A DNA stretch of 64,000 nt, from assembly GCA_020184695.1 (NCBI GenBank), contig JAANOX010000050.1, positions 1 to 64,000 of the forward strand, read 5' to 3'. The position numbers and the translations under genes are program-made. Under the pieces are notes generated by a model, which worked only from the letters and a program-made list of their open reading frames with translations, did no database searches and had not been told where the DNA came from. The number at the start of each line of letters is the position of its first letter. Position 1 is the stretch's first letter. Positions 43,389 through 53,566 of this stretch are shown in pieces. Source of the DNA: Histomonas meleagridis 2922-C6/04-290x. Its lineage: Eukaryota; Protista; Parabasalia.

Positions 43389-44714
43389 CTAAAAAGGCAT
43401 TGCGTATAGTTGAAACATTGTTGACGATACCGATGCAACGTACAAATCAAATGACCGAACAATACCAATATCAAGTATTGGCGATGGATGTGCAAAGCTA
43501 ACGAAGCTATTTTCGAGGTTTTGTGCCAAATTTGTTCCCAAATTCTTCGAATTATAGATTTCAAACGTGTGATCTTCCTCATTAGGAATTGCCAAAAATT
43601 GCGAATTTTGGTCATCGTATACAGTTGGCCTTGCTCTAGAGATGCTTTTCTTTATAGGAAATATTCTTTTATACGTTAATTTTTTGTTATCTGTCAATTT
43701 TCCAAATCGGCAATGAAACATATTTTCGGCGTTTCTCCCAATCTGGACGAAATGGTTCGACTTACAACATGAAGTAGCCTGTGACCCTTCGTAAATTTCG
43801 GGTAAATAATTCATCATACGAATATCAAATAATTTCGTACAGATTGGAGAAGAAACGAGAAGAAGATCAGACAAGGCGCATACAGAGAATACAGGGGGGC
43901 CTTTGGCGAGAACTGACTCGGAAATAATCTGACCTCGACCATCGACCAGAAAAAATTGGCCTTGTGTCCCTCCAACTGCTAGAGAATTAGAGTTTATCCA
44001 TGCACATGACCATAGTGGAGCAGGGAGACTTGCTTGGAAGATTTTTTGTTCGCTTCTGATTGCAGTCATAATCAAATTTTTATCAGCTGAAACACTAGAA
44101 ATCGTCTGTGGATCGTATGGCGAAACCTCAATGGCTTGGACTTGAGAATTATGAAGTGGGATATATGAAAATTTTGATAAATTAGACAATTCGAAATAAA
44201 TTATCCCATGACTTTCTTTGTTACGAGCTGTTAGGAATAAATGTTTGGAAGTAACAGATAAGCGAAACCCGTTGTCGATTTTCTTTTCAAGAATTAATGA
44301 TGGATGCATGACATTTTTGTATTTCTTTTCGACTTTGACTTTAGTTGAATTTTTATGTTCTGTCATTTGAAACATATACCTGCCTCTTGATCTGTGAATG
44401 TCTGTTTCTAATTGTCCGACTCGTTCTTTAAGTTTTTTGATTGTTTTTAAAGAATCACTGTGTTTTTGTTCTGCTAAATCAGATTGTTCATTATCAAGTG
44501 GAACGGACAAATCCCAATGTATTTTACGTATGTCTTCTATTGTTGCTCTGTTACGACATATTGGACAAAAATTTCCAATTTTGATGAAAGAATCTCGAAG
44601 ACATGATTCACCGTGGATGTGACCACAAGGCAATGATACCATACAATGGGACCCATCTGTTGATAAGCTATCTAAACAAATAGGACAATCCGGCAGCGAG
44701 GCTTGTGATTCCAT
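43389..44714 (-). CDS. RFWD3: RING + coiled-coil + WD40 E3 ubiquitin ligase, RFWD3-like
   Basis: CPICLDSL...HCMVSLPCGHIHGESC...CPICR, then a coiled coil, then WD40-like YIPLHNSQVQAIEVSP and APLWSCAW. ATG at 44714. Confidence 0.85.
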   Translation of the reverse strand: MESQASLPDCPICLDSLSTDGSHCMVSLPCGHIHGESCLRDSFIKIGNFCPICRNRATIEDIRKIHWDLSVPLDNEQSDLAEQKHSDSLKTIKKLKERVGQLETDIHRSRGRYMFQMTEHKNSTKVKVEKKYKNVMHPSLILEKKIDNGFRLSVTSKHLFLTARNKESHGIIYFELSNLSKFSYIPLHNSQVQAIEVSPYDPQTISSVSADKNLIMTAIRSEQKIFQASLPAPLWSCAWINSNSLAVGGTQGQFFLVDGRGQIISESVLAKGPPVFSVCALSDLLLVSSPICTKLFDIRMMNYLPEIYEGSQATSCCKSNHFVQIGRNAENMFHCRFGKLTDNKKLTYKRIFPIKKSISRARPTVYDDQNSQFLAIPNEEDHTFEIYNSKNLGTNLAQNLENSFVSFAHPSPILDIGIVRSFDLYVASVSSTMFQLYAMPF

Positions 44715-45349
44715 ATTCCAGCATTTAACGGTCAACAAAGGATGGGGTTTAGCATCCAAATAAACGGTTTCTATAATTATGTATCGTCTGTGAAGAAAAC
44801 AACAGTGTTGGTGATTAGGATTGACTACGTTTGCTTGATTATAAGTTCGCAACAAAACATTTTCATTCAACAGTTTGACATGATATACATAAAACTCCTT
44901 TTCATTGATCATGAAATGCATTTATTTTGCTTCTTTTGTTTTTCTTCCTTTTCCTCCCGTGTACATTATCGGCAAAAGTGCGTGTACACACAAAATCCGA
45001 TCGATTTAGAATGTGATTTTAATTCAATATGAATTGATCGATTCGTTCAAATATTCAATAATTTACAAAAAAATTTTTGATCGGTGGATCCCTATGAACG
45101 ACCACACTAATTGTAAACGGTATTCATTCAATAATGTGGGTAGAATAGATTATCATATCACCATATTATTGTTATGAAAATATTATTTGAAGATTGTTGA
45201 GTTGGAACTTTTCATGAAAAAAAAAAAATTATTAGCCGTTCAAAAAGCTTTATCGCTGTGTATCGTATGCCATTTTTTTTTTTTTTTGTACTGACAATTG
45301 TATTTTCTCACAAATATTTCGGACAGAGTTTTGAAACATTGTTTTATTG

Positions 45350-48158
45350 ATGGAACTTTCGAAATCATTAGAATCAATTGTCTTTAATCTTAACGAAAAA
45401 AATTTCGAAACATCAGTTCAAGCAACAATTAATTTGTTTGTAGATAGTCTGCCATATACATTTAACTATCTTGTTTCTAGACTTATTTATTCAGCTTTTG
45501 TTTCTCATTCAAATAATGAAAAAATATATATTAAATATTTATTAACTTTAAAAGAAAAAGAAGATGAAAAAATTAAAAACAAAAGTGGAACTGAAGCCAA
45601 TCTTGTTCAAATCTTTTATGAATATTTACTGAGAATAGAAAAGCAAGAATCACATTTCCTTCTTGAAAAGATGATCGAAGAAGAAATACTTGAACCATCT
45701 TCAGTAAAGAACATGAACACATTTTATTTTTCTCAATATAAAACAAAAGAAGAAATAAATGAATTAAAGAACAAATATCCAAAACCGCAATTCTTTGAAG
45801 AATTTATTTCAGCACTTGATGAATTATCAAAATATGATTGGAAACTTCATATGCAATATGTAAACGAAGGAGTTAATCCATTAGAAATTGCGAAAGTACT
45901 TCGAAATGATGATTTAGAAAAGCTTCAAGAAATATCATCACATAATGAATTTGACTTTAATCAAATAATTAAACCATCACTTTATGAAAGATGTTCATTT
46001 GTTAATACTAAAAATGTTTCAATAATTGATTATTGCGCATTTTTTGGTTCGATTAAATGTTTTAAATATTTGTTATTAAATAATTCGAATATTAAAAATA
46101 CATCTAAATATGCAATTGCAGGTGGAAACTTAGAAATTATTCATTTATGTGAACAAAATAATTCATCATTTGAAAACGCATATGAAACAGCAATAGAATT
46201 TCATCGAAATGAAATTTTTCATTATCTTTATGAAAATAAAATTGGAAAATTTTCATCTTCAAACTCTTCTTTTACAAAATCGAATTCCAATATCGAAAAT
46301 CAAGATAATTGTAATTTAAGTGAAGAAAATTTAATATATCTTGGGAAAAAATGTATAGAATTTAATAATTATGAAATCTTCATGTTTTTAGCAAAAGAAG
46401 GAATGAAAATGAATAATGAAATTATAGAAGAAATAGCATCAAAAGGAAATACATTCATAATAGAAAGTGATATAGAAAGTCAACAAATTCCAAAAACAAT
46501 TTTACCATATTCAGTTAAATCAGGAAATATAGAAATAGTAAAATTACTTTTAGATAAAGAAGGAATCGATGTTAATGCAAAAACTATTCATTTGAATATT
46601 TTAATATATGTTTTAATAATTTTATATATGTTTTAATAATTTTTAATATGTTTTAATTGTTTGAAACAGCACTTCATATAGCAGTTAGAAATAATAATAT
46701 AGAAATAGTAAAATTACTTTTAGATAAAGAAGGAATTGATGTTAATGCAAAAAATATTCATTTGAATAATTTGGAATATGTTTTAATAATTTTATATATG
46801 TTTTAATAATTTTATATATGTTTTAATAATTTGTAATATGTTTTAATAATTTGGAATATGTTTTAATAATTTGGAATATGTTTTAATAATTTAAAACAGC
46901 ACTTCATATAGCAGTTGAAAATAATAATATAGAAATAGTAAAATTACTTTTAGATAAAGGAATTGATGTTAATGCAAAAACTATTCATTTGAATAATTTG
47001 TAATATGTTTTAATAATTTGTAATATGTTTTAATAATTTGGAATATGTTTTAATAATTTTATATATGTTTTAATAATTTGGAATATGTTTTAATAATTTT
47101 ATATATGTTTTAATAATTTAAAACAGCACTTCATATAGCAGTTGAAAATAATAATATCGAAATAGTAAAATTACTTTTAGATAAAGGAATTGATGTTAAT
47201 GCAAAATATATTCATTTGAATAATTTAAAATATGTTTTAATAATTTAAAATATGTTTTAATAATTTTTTATATGTTTTAATAATTTGGAATATGTTTTAA
47301 TAATTTGAAACAGCACTTCATATAGCAGTTAGAAATAATAATATAGAAATAGTAAAATTACTTTTAGATAAAGGAATTGATATTAATGCAAAAACTATTC
47401 ATTTGAATAATTTTATATATGTTTTAATAATTTGGAATATGTTTTAATAATTTTATATATGTTTTAATAATTTAAAATATGTTTTAATGATTTAGGGTGT
47501 GTTTTAATAATTTGAAACAGCACTTCATATAGCAGTTAGAAATAATAATATAGAAATAGTAAAATTACTTTTAGATAAAGAAGGAATTGATGTTAATGCA
47601 AAAAATATTCATTTGAATAATTTTGGATATGTTTTAATAATTTAAAATATGTTTTAATAATTTGAAATATGTTTTAATAATTTTATATATGTTTTAATAA
47701 TTTGGAATATGTTTTAATAATTTGAAACAGCACTTCATATATCAGTTGAAAATGATAATATAGAAATAGTAAAATTACTTTTAGATAAAGGAATTGATGT
47801 GAATGCAAAATATATTCATTTGAATAATTTAAAATATGTTTTAATAATTTGAAATATGTTTTAATAATTTAAAATATGTTTTAATGATTTAGGGTGTGTT
47901 TTAATAATTTGAAACAGCACTTCATATAGCAGTTGAAAATAATAATATAGAAATAGTAAAATTACTTTTAGATAAAGAGGGAATTGATGTTAATGCAAAA
48001 ACTATTTATTTGAATAATTTAAAATATGTTTTAATAATTTGTAATATGTTTTAATAATTTGGAATATGTTTTAATAATTCGAAACAGCTATTGAATTAGC
48101 TAATCGGTTGGGTTTCAGAGAAATAAAACAATTATTTAGTGAAAAAGGTGCCATTTAA
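45350..48158 (+). CDS. DUF3447/ankyrin-repeat gene (locus 4): intact N-terminal region, seven ankyrin repeats and a capping repeat, interrupted by eight n x 20-nt inserts
   Basis: Open from ATG 45350 to the first insert at 46586. Repeats start at 46666, 46896, 47123, 47310, 47517, 47727 and 47914. The cap TAIELANRLGFREIKQLFSEKGAI* spans 48084-48158. No lesions other than the inserts. Confidence 0.7.
46586..48083 (+). repeat. Nested repeat: ankyrin units alternating with 20-nt minisatellite blocks (ATATGTTTTAATAATTTNNN)
   Basis: Blocks of 4, 7, 7, 5, 6, 6, 5 and 4 units, counted directly from the sequence. Confidence 0.95.
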
Positions 48159-48743
48159 TTTAGACTATGGTAAGTGTTCTGCTAATTTATTAATAAATCG
48201 AGAGAAAACATAATGTTTAATCTGAAGTTCTGATTCAGAACTGGTGACTAGTACGTTTATCTTCCTAAGATTTCAACAAAAACAACTCTTAATTGAAAGA
48301 TGATGTTACACCAAAATAGGTATATAAGCTAATACTATAGACTGCCGTTACAAAAACATGTAGACCAACAACAAAGTTTTAGATAAATCATAAATTTTTA
48401 TATATTTTGTTAGCAAATTGAAATTTTATCATATATTCAGTCCCAATAATATGAATTAATTAAAATATTTAAAAAAAAAATCGAGAAAAAAGATTTCTTC
48501 ATGTTAACGTTCTCCTTAGTGAAGTGAGTGAAAATAGGAATATTGCGAAAACTACAAAATTAAATCATAAAAAATTTATTAAATGTATATTACTAAATAT
48601 GTTCTCTATGAATAGTTCTCTATAAAAAATAATTATGTTGATATCACTAGAGATGTTTAATATTTTTATAATTATAAAATTATTGAAAGATTCAAAAATA
48701 TTTGATATTTTTCCAAAAAATTTCGAACTCTTTTCAATTCATC

Positions 48744-48865
48744 TGTAAATGGTACCACAGAAATTGTTAAATTTCTTCTTGAACAAAAAGGAATTAAGAT
48801 ATTTATTTGTTTTATTTTGAAAATTATTTAAATTATTGAAAACAATATTTATGATAGCATCCTCA
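48744..48865 (+). pseudogene. Isolated ankyrin-repeat remnant with a roughly 2-unit insert
   Basis: VNGTTEIVKFLLEQKGI, then a 41-nt insert (48801-48841) with the family ATTTATTTGTTTTATT start and AATTATTTAAATTATT end, then TIFMIAS. Confidence 0.6.
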
Positions 48866-48975
48866 AAGACGGATATAACACAAAAACACTGCTGATTTAT
48901 TACAACCAGTTTAAGGTTTGGTGTCAATAATCGTGTTGAACGTTAATATTTATACTTTTATAAACGGTCTTCTAA

Positions 48976-49947
48976 ATGAAGAGCAACCATCCACCAAAAA
49001 GTGGATCTGAAAAAGACTCATTATATTGTCCTTTCTTCCAAAAAATTGGATCATGCATGCACGGGGAAACTTGTTCCCGAATGCATATTCGTCCACAAGC
49101 TTCAAAAACCCTTCTTTTATGTAATCTTTATCCAAATCCTATACGTTTTATATCATTACTCCCTAAAGGGGTTCTTGAAATCAGCAATTCAACGCTCGAC
49201 AGAAATTTTGACGAATTTTACATTGATATTTATGAAGAGCTTCGCACGTTTGGTCCTATTGAAGATCTTCTTGTTGCATCTAATCTTTGTGATCATCTTG
49301 TTGGAAATGTTCTTGTCCGTTATGAAAATCTTGAAGATGCTGTATCAGCATTTTCAAATCTTCGTTGTCGTTACTATGCAGGCCGTCCAATTGATGCACA
49401 ATACTCACCTGTTGATGTTTTTTCTGGTGCCATTTGTCGTCAATTTCATCTTGGAAAATGTCAGCATGGTGAGAATTGCAATTTCATACATCCAAAATAT
49501 CCGTCTAGCGAAGTCCTTGAGCATTGTATTCTTACCAAAGATTCCAACAGTATTGAAAGCTCACGACAACGTAACTCTTATAGTAGTGATGATGATGAAA
49601 ATTATCATCAACGACAAAGAGAAAAAAGCGACAGAAGTAGAACACCACATAGAGAATATGACAGAAGCTCGTCAAGAGAATACGAAAGATCTTCTTCAAG
49701 AAGAGATTATGAGAGAAAACATGAAAGATCTTTTAATGATCATGATAAAAGATCATCAAGAGACCGTGAAAGATCGAAGTCTAGAGACTACGAGAGATCT
49801 TCTGGAAGAGATTATGAGAGAGATTACGAAAAATCTTCTTCTAGAAATAGAAGAAGATCTCCAAGTCCAAGAGATTATGATAGGCCAAGTAGGCAAAGGG
49901 GTTATGAGCGAGAATCACGAGAATATGAGCGACAAAGAAGGTATTAA
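48976..49947 (+). CDS. U2AF1: U2AF small subunit (U2AF35): CCCH-UHM-CCCH with an RS/RE tail
   Basis: CPFFQKIGSCMHGETCSRMH, DHLVGNVLVRY and ICRQFHLGKCQHGENCNFIH. ATG at 48976 and TAA at 49945-49947 read on the plus strand, although the supplied track says minus. Confidence 0.93.
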   Translation: MKSNHPPKSGSEKDSLYCPFFQKIGSCMHGETCSRMHIRPQASKTLLLCNLYPNPIRFISLLPKGVLEISNSTLDRNFDEFYIDIYEELRTFGPIEDLLVASNLCDHLVGNVLVRYENLEDAVSAFSNLRCRYYAGRPIDAQYSPVDVFSGAICRQFHLGKCQHGENCNFIHPKYPSSEVLEHCILTKDSNSIESSRQRNSYSSDDDENYHQRQREKSDRSRTPHREYDRSSSREYERSSSRRDYERKHERSFNDHDKRSSRDRERSKSRDYERSSGRDYERDYEKSSSRNRRRSPSPRDYDRPSRQRGYERESREYERQRRY

Positions 49948-50067
49948 GTTTGTTTTTAAATTGTTTTTATTGCAAATCAATTTTTACTCAAAGTTTGGTT
50001 TGACAGCTTTATTGAAAAGTGACGTCATATTGAAAAAGTTTGTTCGTTTTTTGTCACATAAAATAAA

Positions 50068-50802
50068 TTGGGATATCGACCACCAATTCTTGATATTTTT
50101 CAATTTCCGATTACGAGTGTAATAATTGTTTTAAATTGCATTATTTGTTATTTACTTAACAAACGTAATGTTCCTGTTGAAAATGTTGCATCAAATCCGG
50201 ATAAAATTCTCAACCAAAAAGAGTTTTGGAGAATTATTACATCAACTTTCTCACATTATGACTTATTCCATATCGTTCTTAATTCTGCATCTGCATGGAA
50301 TTGTAGATGGTTAGAATATGAAGGTCGTATTGATTATATTATTTATATCATAATATTACTTGTTTGCTCTCCACTTCTTGAGTCCATAGTTCTGCTTAAA
50401 TTTTTCCCCAATCAAGCAACAAATTGGGCAGTGGGATATTCAGGTGTTTTATGTGGCTTACAGGCTGTTATGACATTACATTATTCAAATGCAACGATAT
50501 TTGGACTTAAAATTCCATGGTCAATTATGCCATTTATTAATATCATTTTAATACAGATTTTGGTACCAAATGCTTCTTTCTTTGGCCATCTATCTGGTAC
50601 ACTAGTTGGCTTTGCTATTCGTTGGCATATGTTTGATTGGGTCACACACCAACTTTTTTGGAATGCATTTCCTTGGATTTCATTGATAATGTTTGCATCG
50701 TACGTAAAGTCGCACAGTGATCGAATTACTTGGTTTTCATATACTACACAAGCACCTGCGCCAGAAACAACAATTGTAAATGGTGTTTTAACACGTGTTT
50801 AA
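50068..50802 (+). CDS. Rhomboid intramembrane serine protease (RHBDD1-like) with a TTG start
   Basis: EFWRIITSTFSHYDLFHIVLN, catalytic GYSG and GHLSG, and several TM segments. Confidence 0.85.
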   Translation: MGYRPPILDIFQFPITSVIIVLNCIICYLLNKRNVPVENVASNPDKILNQKEFWRIITSTFSHYDLFHIVLNSASAWNCRWLEYEGRIDYIIYIIILLVCSPLLESIVLLKFFPNQATNWAVGYSGVLCGLQAVMTLHYSNATIFGLKIPWSIMPFINIILIQILVPNASFFGHLSGTLVGFAIRWHMFDWVTHQLFWNAFPWISLIMFASYVKSHSDRITWFSYTTQAPAPETTIVNGVLTRV

Positions 50803-51422
50803 TTAATAAAATATGTACAAAAATAAAATTTTATTTTAAATCATTTCATAGTTATTTACTAATCTAATCTTTTTTGATTTATTTTATTGTGATGTTAGTT
50901 AATACTTGATACTGCTGTTAGATAATAATAGAAATTAAAGAAGTAAAATTAATTTTGATCACTTACATCTCATTCTATATTTTGCTGTGAAAGTGAATCA
51001 GAACAAAATGAATTGGAAACTATGAATACAGGAATCAATAAAGCAAATATTTCAGAAGATCCTTTTGTAACTGATATCGAGTAAAATATTTTAATTGAAC
51101 ATATGTGATTCAAAATTATTATTTATTATTTAATAATTATTAAAAAGAAAAAAATTTTGCTACGACAATTGCTACTAAAAATGTCAACATGCATAAATCA
51201 TTCTTTGTAATATAAAACATTCAATCAGAGTTTTGTTTTGTATAAAGGTGTTACTATTAAAATAATCATTTCTTTTAAGTTAAAATGGAATATGAAAGAA
51301 AATCATTTTAAAACGATACAATCATTTGTGCCATTTTTGAACGTTTTTCATTCAATTAGACGGTTTACTCAAGAACAAAAAAATAAAACCAAACAAACAA
51401 TTTTATATAAAAAATGTTCCAC

Positions 51423-52106
51423 TCAAAAAGATGTTGAAAGCGGTGGCGGACTTCTTGTTGTTATTATTTCCGGCTTTCTTGGTTTGAAGAAAAATGGGTC
51501 AAAAGATATTGTCTCCACGTTAATCGGCTGATTACAAATCGGACACCTCCATTCAGAGTCATTCGGTCCTTGCATTATGAGAAACTCGGGAATGTCAAAG
51601 CATTGCGAATGTTTGCAATGAAGACCTCTACCAGGACATGTAATTGGAACAAAACTAAATGGACAAACGTAAGAGATTGGATTTGGGTCATCAACCGGAG
51701 GAGAAAAAGCTCTGTTAGTAATAATGTTTTGGATAATTTCATTTATATCATAAATCGTACCATTGATTACAATAGATGGATAAACTTGATGGCTTAACTT
51801 TGCAGTAAATTCTGCTAGAGTAAAGACATATGGCTGAGGAGGAGGTTGAACTGGTTGTTCTACAAATTTTGGAGATGACATCGTTGTCTGTAATAATCCT
51901 TGATCTGAAAGAGGTAAGCTCGATCCTGCTAATAAAGGTGAGTTTGAAAAACATCGATTTTGTACTGGAATAAATGAACATGCAATCATATTATTAAGTT
52001 GTGGAGTTGAAACATGACTAAGAACATCACCAGAAGGGTTACATATTCTAGAAGCTCTGGAGATGTAATTTCTTCTCTGTGCTCCTAAAAAAGTGTTTCT
52101 CTCCAT
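51423..52106 (-). CDS. MIZ/SP-RING zinc-finger protein (Siz/PIAS-like SUMO ligase domain)
   Basis: VCPFSFVPITCPGRGLHCKHSQCFD...WRCPIC. The true start may lie downstream of 52106. Confidence 0.85.
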   Translation of the reverse strand: MERNTFLGAQRRNYISRASRICNPSGDVLSHVSTPQLNNMIACSFIPVQNRCFSNSPLLAGSSLPLSDQGLLQTTMSSPKFVEQPVQPPPQPYVFTLAEFTAKLSHQVYPSIVINGTIYDINEIIQNIITNRAFSPPVDDPNPISYVCPFSFVPITCPGRGLHCKHSQCFDIPEFLIMQGPNDSEWRCPICNQPINVETISFDPFFFKPRKPEIITTRSPPPLSTSF

Positions 52107-53566
52107 TAGAGTGAGCTTTTTGGCTTTCCGATAGATGCAAAAGTGACAATTTGGTCAATTGAAAAAGCTTTAGGAAGTTTAAACGTCTCCCTAATGAGTT
52201 TGAAGGAATCCAAAACCTGATTAAAGAACATTTTTTCTTCTTTCGTCAATTTATATTGGCTAAATTCATTTGGTTCTTTCATTTGCTTGATTTTAGAAAG
52301 TGTGTCGATTTTTGATTTTTTATCAATTCTTAGATTTCTGCAATATGATTTTAGATCATCGAGTTGATTTTGAAGTCTTAATGTGTTAACTTCCTCTTGG
52401 CTAATATTTGATTGAATTGATTGGATAACTTTCGTTTGTTCTAATGTTTTTTCCTTTAAGTTTTTAATGTTATTTAATAACTGTTCATTTTGCTTTTTTT
52501 GTTGGTGAAAATAATTAAATTGATTTATTTCTTCTGCTTCAGTTTCTTGTATTGATTGTGAAGATTCCTCTAATGATTTAATTTTATTCATTAAATATTG
52601 AATTTCGTTTATAATTTGTTTCTGCTCTTGTAAAAATGTGTTAAGTTTATGTTTAAGTTCACCAACTTCAACACGTATTGGATGAGGTAAATCAATTGTG
52701 CTTGATTTAGATTCTATAAGCGGATTTGTAAGAAAATCTATTTTTTGGTGTATGTTATCAAGTTCAGCTTCAATTGAAGTCTTATTATTTTTGATTTGTT
52801 TAATTTCATTTTCAAATTTATCAATCTCGAAAATAAGATTTTGTTTAAGTTCTTTGTGTTCAATGGCTTGAGAATTAGTGCTATTTTGAAGTTTATTAAG
52901 TTTGGAATCAATTTTTAGGAGAATCTTTTTGTAATTCAATTCACTACTATTTTCAAATTGAGTTCTTTGAGTTGCTAACATTGACGACTGTCTTTGAATA
53001 TCTTCTAATTTTGACTTTAAAAAATATTTTTGTTTCTTTAATTTTTGAAGTTTTTGTTTTAGATGATTTGATTGATTTTCATATTTGGATTTAATTGTAT
53101 TATAACTTTTTTCATTGCTACTCCGTGCTGCTATTTGCTTTTCAAGTAATTGTTTTTGTCTTATTAATTCTTTTTTGTTAGATTCTAATGAGTTATAAAT
53201 TGAAGAATATATGGAGAATATTTCATCTAAAGTTGTAATACCAGGAAAGCATTTTCTAATTGAATTAAATAAGTTTGTTAAATCATTTTGATTTTGTTTT
53301 GAAATATAATAATATTTTTGGCTTGAAATAATTGTTTTACGTATTGTTAAATTCGCAGCTACTTCACTCTTGAAAAGGTCAAAAAGAATACATAATGTTT
53401 TAAAGCATGAATTATTTGAATACTTATTATTATTTTGCTTGATAAATTCTTCAATTTTGATACTTTGCTTGTAAATCATTTGTTGCTCATCTATATAATA
53501 TTGGTGCAATTTAGTACCTGTCTTTTCAAATTCTGTTGAGGAATTGCTTGATCCAAGCAAATCCAT
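52106..53566 (-). CDS. Coiled-coil hypothetical protein
   Basis: 486-aa ATG ORF, K/Q/E/I-rich heptads. Confidence 0.75.
   Translation of the reverse strand: MDLLGSSNSSTEFEKTGTKLHQYYIDEQQMIYKQSIKIEEFIKQNNNKYSNNSCFKTLCILFDLFKSEVAANLTIRKTIISSQKYYYISKQNQNDLTNLFNSIRKCFPGITTLDEIFSIYSSIYNSLESNKKELIRQKQLLEKQIAARSSNEKSYNTIKSKYENQSNHLKQKLQKLKKQKYFLKSKLEDIQRQSSMLATQRTQFENSSELNYKKILLKIDSKLNKLQNSTNSQAIEHKELKQNLIFEIDKFENEIKQIKNNKTSIEAELDNIHQKIDFLTNPLIESKSSTIDLPHPIRVEVGELKHKLNTFLQEQKQIINEIQYLMNKIKSLEESSQSIQETEAEEINQFNYFHQQKKQNEQLLNNIKNLKEKTLEQTKVIQSIQSNISQEEVNTLRLQNQLDDLKSYCRNLRIDKKSKIDTLSKIKQMKEPNEFSQYKLTKEEKMFFNQVLDSFKLIRETFKLPKAFSIDQIVTFASIGKPKSSL

Noticed and set aside
43381-43392. TACTAAC branch-point-like sequence
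   Set aside because: It lies antisense at the 3' end of the RFWD3-like gene, without the downstream ACACAG acceptor or an upstream donor in a gene.
46586-48083. CRISPR-like repeat/spacer appearance of the ankyrin array
   Set aside because: The conserved part is protein-coding ankyrin, the 'spacers' are minisatellites rather than unique sequences, there are no cas genes, and the context is eukaryotic.
48226-48242. 8-bp inverted repeat AGTTCTGA-T-TCAGAACT
   Set aside because: Too short to be significant and seen only once.
48976-49947. ORF-track label of minus strand for U2AF35
   Set aside because: ATG AAG AGC AAC CAT at 48976 and TAT TAA at the end read directly on the plus strand.
49001-50122. 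373-aa plus-strand ORF overlapping U2AF35
   Set aside because: Alternative-frame shadow with a GTG start over a well-supported gene with a repetitive tail. No motifs.
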